Shown in pieces: positions 27,932 to 32,000 of a stretch of 32,000 nt of DNA. The stretch lies in the NCBI RefSeq assembly GCF_000092105.1, contig NC_014148.1, positions 2,850,001-2,882,000 of the forward strand, read 5' to 3'. Every line of letters begins with the position of its first letter. The first letter of the stretch is position 1. The notes under the pieces are model-generated. The model was not told the DNA's origin and ran no database searches. It was given only the letters and a program-made list of their open reading frames with translations. Source of the DNA: Planctopirus limnophila DSM 3776. GTDB lineage: Bacteria > Planctomycetota > Planctomycetia > Planctomycetales > Planctomycetaceae. The position numbers and the translations under genes were made by a program.

Positions 27932-29002
27932 ATGACAGATCGCAAAATCGCATTTCAGAATCACGAGCATCTCAAACTGCTCTTTGGCCCGAATGATCGC
28001 AATCTGCGTAAACTGCGTGAGAAGCTTCGTATCGAAGTGGTCTTTCGCGGAGACGAAATCCGCTTATCCGGGCCCTCCGAGCAGGTGGATTTAGGCAGCG
28101 ATATCATTGGTGAACTCCGGGGAACCATCGAAAGACGTGGCATGCTTTCAGACGAAGAGTTTGAACGAGTGCTCAATCGGCGCAATGCAGAAGCCATGCT
28201 GGGCGCGGAATCATCGATTGATGTCTTCCATAAAGCCAAAAAAGTCTTCCCCATGGGTCAGGGGCAGGCGGCTTATATTGAAGCGATCCGCCAACATGAT
28301 CTGGTCTTCTGCTCGGGCCCGGCCGGCTCCGGCAAAACCTATCTGGCTGTCGCTATGGCAGTGAACGCTCTGAGAAACGAGCAGGTTCGTAAGATTGTGC
28401 TGGTTCGACCGGCTGTTGAAGCCGGCGAAAAGCTCGGTTTTCTCCCGGGTGATATGCTCGAAAAAGTCAATCCGTACCTGCGACCACTGCTGGATGCTTT
28501 GGGAGACATTCTTGATTTTGACACAGTGCAGCGATACCTCGATCGCGATGTGATCGAGATCGCACCTTTGGCGTTCATGAGAGGCCGGACCCTTAACAAC
28601 ACGTTTATCATTCTCGATGAAGCACAAAATACAACCACTGTGCAAATGAAGATGTTTTTGACCCGTATGGGCCAAAGATCAAAAATCGTGGTGACAGGTG
28701 ATGCCACCCAGATCGATCTCCCGGACAACGTGACCAGCGGCCTTGCCGATGCTGTCCAGCGGCTGAGAAATGTCGAAGGAATCTCCGTCATCGAGCTTTC
28801 TGGAGGCGACATTGTCAGACACCCACTGGTAAGGCGTATCGTTGCGGCTTACGATACTGGAAAGTCGAATGACTTCCGTCCTCGAACACAATTTGAGGCC
28901 AAACGTACGCCCAACCCTATTGCCGGTTCTGCCTTAACTGAAGCCCAGACTGCAAACAACAGTCCTCCGGATCCAAAAGACAGCACCGCTGTGCAGGAGT
29001 GA
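27932..29002 (+). CDS. phoH: PhoH-family ATPase (PhoH/YbeZ)
   Basis: The Walker A motif is GPAGSGKTYLAVAMAV. Family blocks are VRPAVEAGEKLGFLPGD..EK..PYLRPL.DAL, RGRTLN..FIILDEAQN.T..QMKMFLTR.G..SK.VVTGD.TQIDLP. A KH-like region lies at the N-terminus. Confidence 0.9.
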   Translation: MTDRKIAFQNHEHLKLLFGPNDRNLRKLREKLRIEVVFRGDEIRLSGPSEQVDLGSDIIGELRGTIERRGMLSDEEFERVLNRRNAEAMLGAESSIDVFHKAKKVFPMGQGQAAYIEAIRQHDLVFCSGPAGSGKTYLAVAMAVNALRNEQVRKIVLVRPAVEAGEKLGFLPGDMLEKVNPYLRPLLDALGDILDFDTVQRYLDRDVIEIAPLAFMRGRTLNNTFIILDEAQNTTTVQMKMFLTRMGQRSKIVVTGDATQIDLPDNVTSGLADAVQRLRNVEGISVIELSGGDIVRHPLVRRIVAAYDTGKSNDFRPRTQFEAKRTPNPIAGSALTEAQTANNSPPDPKDSTAVQE

Positions 29003-29129
29003 AACCCCGATCAACTTCCGCTCGCTCTCTCAATGAGTTTCAGACCTGATATGGGCTGAAATCTCATCTTGATAGAAAACGAGCCGAAATCAGAGGCGGC
29101 ACTTTTCCCAAAGGTGCCGCTTCCGGGGA

Positions 29130-31445
29130 ATGACATCTATGCCACTGTTTTCGCCTCGCAAGACACGCATTGGTCGAGCTGCCAACCTGGGCAGTTCCAG
29201 TTCATTACTGAATCGTTTTTCGCAACAGATGGGCCAGGCAGACATCCTGCTTCGTCTGCTTCTGGTCATGATTTCGCTCGTGCTGATGGTGGTCTGTGTC
29301 GAGGGCTGGACGGCCCCCTTCCCTTACCGGCAGGGGCAGTACAGCCGGGATGGAATTGTCGCCCGCATTGATTTCGGTCGTCTCAATGACGAAAAAACCG
29401 AAATGGCCAGGCAAAGGAACGAAGCGGAAACTCCACCGGTCTACCTGGCCCATACCGCCGCCTGGCGCACTCTGATCGATGAATTAAGGGAATCACTCTT
29501 CGCGATTCTCAATGCCAAACAGCCGGCAGATGTGCCTGCCGATGTGCTCATATCTTTTGGTTTATCCATCGATATGAATGGCAATATGGGGGATAATTTC
29601 AAGGCTTGGGAGACTCTCAAATCAACACTCGGCTCCGAGGAAACAGGTGAGCAGCGAATTGAGCAGATGATTGGTGAGTTCACCAAGTTTATTGAGCCTT
29701 TGCGTCAGACAGGGATTCTGGATCCATCCGAATTGGCACTTCACGATCTCCGAGAAGATGCCGTCATTCATATCATTCCTGATGAAAATCCAGCCGATGA
29801 GCAGGATATTGCCATCACTCAGGTTCTGTTGAAAGAAGTGCTCAAAAGCACCGGCAAACTGGGACGCAGCTGGAAATCTTTTGATCTGCTGCAACCTCTG
29901 CAACCCTTATTGGAACGCTGGCTGGTCAATCGAGCTCCCAGCACTCTGGAGTTTGATGAAGCACGCTCGCGACAGGCCCTCAATGAAGCCCGGCTGCAGA
30001 CCGAAATCATTGTCGATAAATATAAACGGGGAACACTGCTGGTTGCCCCGGGAACAAACATCAGTCCCGAAACATTGAATATTCTGAAGGCTCAGTTCGA
30101 TGAGATCGCGGCTGGGATCGCCTGGTACGAAGGCCTGTTAAGGGCTGTCGTCGTCTTTCTGCTGCTCTCTGTTCTCGCTGCCGTTAATGGTTATTACATT
30201 GTTCGTTCCGAACCAAGACTGGTCAAAAGCACTGCCCGCTTGACCGTTTACTTGAGCAGCTTGCTCCTGGCAATCGCCCTTGCCCGCTGGATGTCTTTCG
30301 ATCCGTGGCGAGCGGAACTGATTCCCCTGCTCTGCGTTGTCATGGTGCTGACAATTGCTTATCAGCAGGTCATCGCGGCTCTAACAGGGCTCAGCCTGGC
30401 CTTGATCCTGGTGCTTTCGAATGGTTTCGATACAGGAGAGTTTGTCGCGATTCTTGGTGCCATCTGCGTGGCCATTGTCAGTATTGGTCAGGTCTCTTCC
30501 CGATCCAAACTCATCAAAGTTGGGATTGCCACTGCCGGAACTTACTTTTTGCTGACGATGACGATGGGTGTCATTGTCAGTCAGCGACCCGACAGGTTGT
30601 GGGTCGACCACGAACTCTTCTGGCACGCATTGCGAGGTGCGGGATGGTGCATTGCCGCAGGTTATCTTGTGGCTGGCAGCCTGCCATTTATTGAATCGAC
30701 CTTCGGCGTGGTGACAGACATCAGTCTGCTGGAATTGAGCGATGTCTCGCACCCTTTACTTCAGGAGCTCGTTCGCCGGGCACCGGGCACATACAACCAC
30801 TCAATTGGTGTGGCGACACTCGCCGAAACAGCCGCCGATGCAATTGGCGCCAATGGTCTATTATGTCGGGTGGGAGCTTACTTTCATGATATCGGGAAGA
30901 TGCTCAAGCCCCAGTATTTTGTGGAAAACATGACAGCGGGTGAGTTGAATCGGCATGAAAATCTCGCCCCCGCCATGAGTACTTTGATTATCATCGGTCA
31001 CGTCAAAGATGGAGCCGACCTGGGACGCCAGCACCATTTGCCAGACTCGCTGATTGATTTTATTGAACAGCATCATGGTACGACACTTGTGGAGTATTTC
31101 TTTCACAAGGCTTCCCGATATGCAGGGCAACAGTCTGCCGAGGTGAGAACCGAGGTTGAAGAATCATCCTTCCGATATCCTGGGCCAAAGCCTCAATCGA
31201 AAGAAACTGGAATTATGATGCTGGCGGACGCTGTCGAAGGCGCCAGCCGAACTCTCAGCGAACCGACTCCCAAACGCATTGAAACGCTGGTGCACGAAAT
31301 CCTGCTCAAGCGGCTGCTCGACGGCCAGTTCGATGAAAGCGGCCTGACGTTGACCGAGCTGGCGATTGTGGAAGACTCTCTGGTGAAATCGCTCATTTCG
31401 ATTTACCACGGCCGCATCAAATACCCTGACCAGAAAACGGCCTAG
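29130..31445 (+). CDS. pgpH: 7TM-receptor-linked HD/HDIG phosphohydrolase (PgpH/YqfF family)
   Basis: It has a large extracytoplasmic N-domain, about 7 hydrophobic helices (roughly aa 330-560) and a C-terminal HD domain. HD-domain motifs: GTYNHSIGVATLAE, YFHDIGKM, IIIGHVKDG, IEQHHGT, MLADAVEGASR. Confidence 0.9.
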   Translation: MTSMPLFSPRKTRIGRAANLGSSSSLLNRFSQQMGQADILLRLLLVMISLVLMVVCVEGWTAPFPYRQGQYSRDGIVARIDFGRLNDEKTEMARQRNEAETPPVYLAHTAAWRTLIDELRESLFAILNAKQPADVPADVLISFGLSIDMNGNMGDNFKAWETLKSTLGSEETGEQRIEQMIGEFTKFIEPLRQTGILDPSELALHDLREDAVIHIIPDENPADEQDIAITQVLLKEVLKSTGKLGRSWKSFDLLQPLQPLLERWLVNRAPSTLEFDEARSRQALNEARLQTEIIVDKYKRGTLLVAPGTNISPETLNILKAQFDEIAAGIAWYEGLLRAVVVFLLLSVLAAVNGYYIVRSEPRLVKSTARLTVYLSSLLLAIALARWMSFDPWRAELIPLLCVVMVLTIAYQQVIAALTGLSLALILVLSNGFDTGEFVAILGAICVAIVSIGQVSSRSKLIKVGIATAGTYFLLTMTMGVIVSQRPDRLWVDHELFWHALRGAGWCIAAGYLVAGSLPFIESTFGVVTDISLLELSDVSHPLLQELVRRAPGTYNHSIGVATLAETAADAIGANGLLCRVGAYFHDIGKMLKPQYFVENMTAGELNRHENLAPAMSTLIIIGHVKDGADLGRQHHLPDSLIDFIEQHHGTTLVEYFFHKASRYAGQQSAEVRTEVEESSFRYPGPKPQSKETGIMMLADAVEGASRTLSEPTPKRIETLVHEILLKRLLDGQFDESGLTLTELAIVEDSLVKSLISIYHGRIKYPDQKTA

Positions 31446-31519
31446 CCCATCAACTTCTCTTCCATGAGCCAGATGAACATGACCCAGATAAATTTTCTTT
31501 TGGACAAGACTTTGCGCAA

Positions 31520-32000
31520 ATGATTGATATTGAAATCACAGATCATCAATCAATCGCCTCGATCGACCCGAAACCTATCCAGACATTACTAAAACATGTT
31601 TTCGAAACCGAAGGTTTTCCAGAGGCAGAAATCAGTATTGCCCTTGTCGATAACCAGCAGATCCACAAGGTCAATCGCGACTTTCTGAATCATGACTACC
31701 CCACGGATGTCATCAGCTTCGTACTGAATGGAAGTGAGGATTCAGTCTCGCATAATCACGATCATGCGGATCCGGATTTCCCTGAACCACTGATTGGCGA
31801 AGTCATCGTCAGTGTGGAAACCGCAGCGGGTATGGCTGCCGAGAACAATTGGTGCATCGCTTCGGAAGTCTTGTTATACTGCCTGCACGGATCATTACAT
31901 CTTTGTGGATATGACGATCTCGTCGCATCTGAGCGAAACAGGATGCGTGAACGCGAGCGGTTTTATCTGTTGCCATTAGGTCTCGATCCTCAGGTTGATC
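31520..32000 (+). CDS. ybeY: rRNA maturation endoribonuclease YbeY (3' end outside window)
   Basis: This gene is not in the ORF track because no stop is reached. My translation from ATG 31520 is MIDIEITDHQ...EISIALVDNQQIHKVNRDFLNHDYPTDVISF...IGEVIVSVETA...LLYCLHGSLHLCGYDD... It carries the YbeY metal-site motif, except that its last His is Asp. Confidence 0.85.
   Translation, partial: MIDIEITDHQSIASIDPKPIQTLLKHVFETEGFPEAEISIALVDNQQIHKVNRDFLNHDYPTDVISFVLNGSEDSVSHNHDHADPDFPEPLIGEVIVSVETAAGMAAENNWCIASEVLLYCLHGSLHLCGYDDLVASERNRMRERERFYLLPLGLDPQVD

Noticed and set aside
28211-28812. Two ~155-aa ORFs antisense to phoH
   Set aside because: Shadow ORFs inside phoH.
31464-31523. 19-codon upstream ORF (MSQMNMTQINFLLDKTLRK) whose TGA overlaps the ybeY ATG (ATGA)
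   Set aside because: It is too short to support from sequence alone, with no SD and no conservation data. It is noted only as a possible coupling uORF.
31794-31979. 61-aa plus-strand ORF in the track near the window end
   Set aside because: It is out of frame with, and fully inside, the ybeY reading frame, which carries the family motifs.
1-32000. Search for CRISPR arrays, IS elements/transposases, integrases, phage genes, toxin-antitoxin pairs or known defence-system genes
   Set aside because: There are no regularly spaced direct repeats, no terminal inverted repeats flanking an ORF, and no ORF with DDE/tyrosine-recombinase/HNH or similar hallmarks. The tRNA-His is followed directly by a terminator and truB, not by an integrated element.

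Overview
The window reads as ordinary chromosomal DNA from a mid-GC bacterium. Gene content and style suggest Planctomycetota: MA-clan/DUF1570-like peptidase, ExeA-like ATPase, LysM and FHA proteins, long intergenic spacers, weak SD sites. That assignment is inference only. I support about 28 protein-coding genes, one tRNA-His(GTG) and several intrinsic terminators. Housekeeping genes dominate: tmk (partial), punA, a kduD-like SDR, fabH, metK, truB, glgB and the conserved phoH / 7TM-HD (pgpH) / ybeY cluster (ybeY runs off the 3' edge). I found no CRISPR array, transposase, integrase, phage gene or recognisable defence gene, and I cannot honestly point to a coherent novel multi-gene system. The items most worth a second look are listed here. 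(1) A ~1.3 kb low-coding islet (4790-6093) carries a small ORF whose C-terminal 73 residues include 62 Asp/Glu. (2) A 929-aa ExeA-like AAA+ ATPase has a ~650-aa acidic domain-free tail, and its stop codon overlaps that of a convergent HExxH peptidase. (3) A short lipoprotein has a secretin-like sequence pattern. (4) YbeY has Asp in place of the third metal-binding His, plus a His/Asp-rich insertion. (5) An orphan FabH has a long Ser/Thr-rich N-terminal extension. (6) A ~700 bp AT-rich ORF-free spacer lies upstream of a basic, AT-hook-like protein. All functional calls rest on motif recognition by eye; no database search was run.
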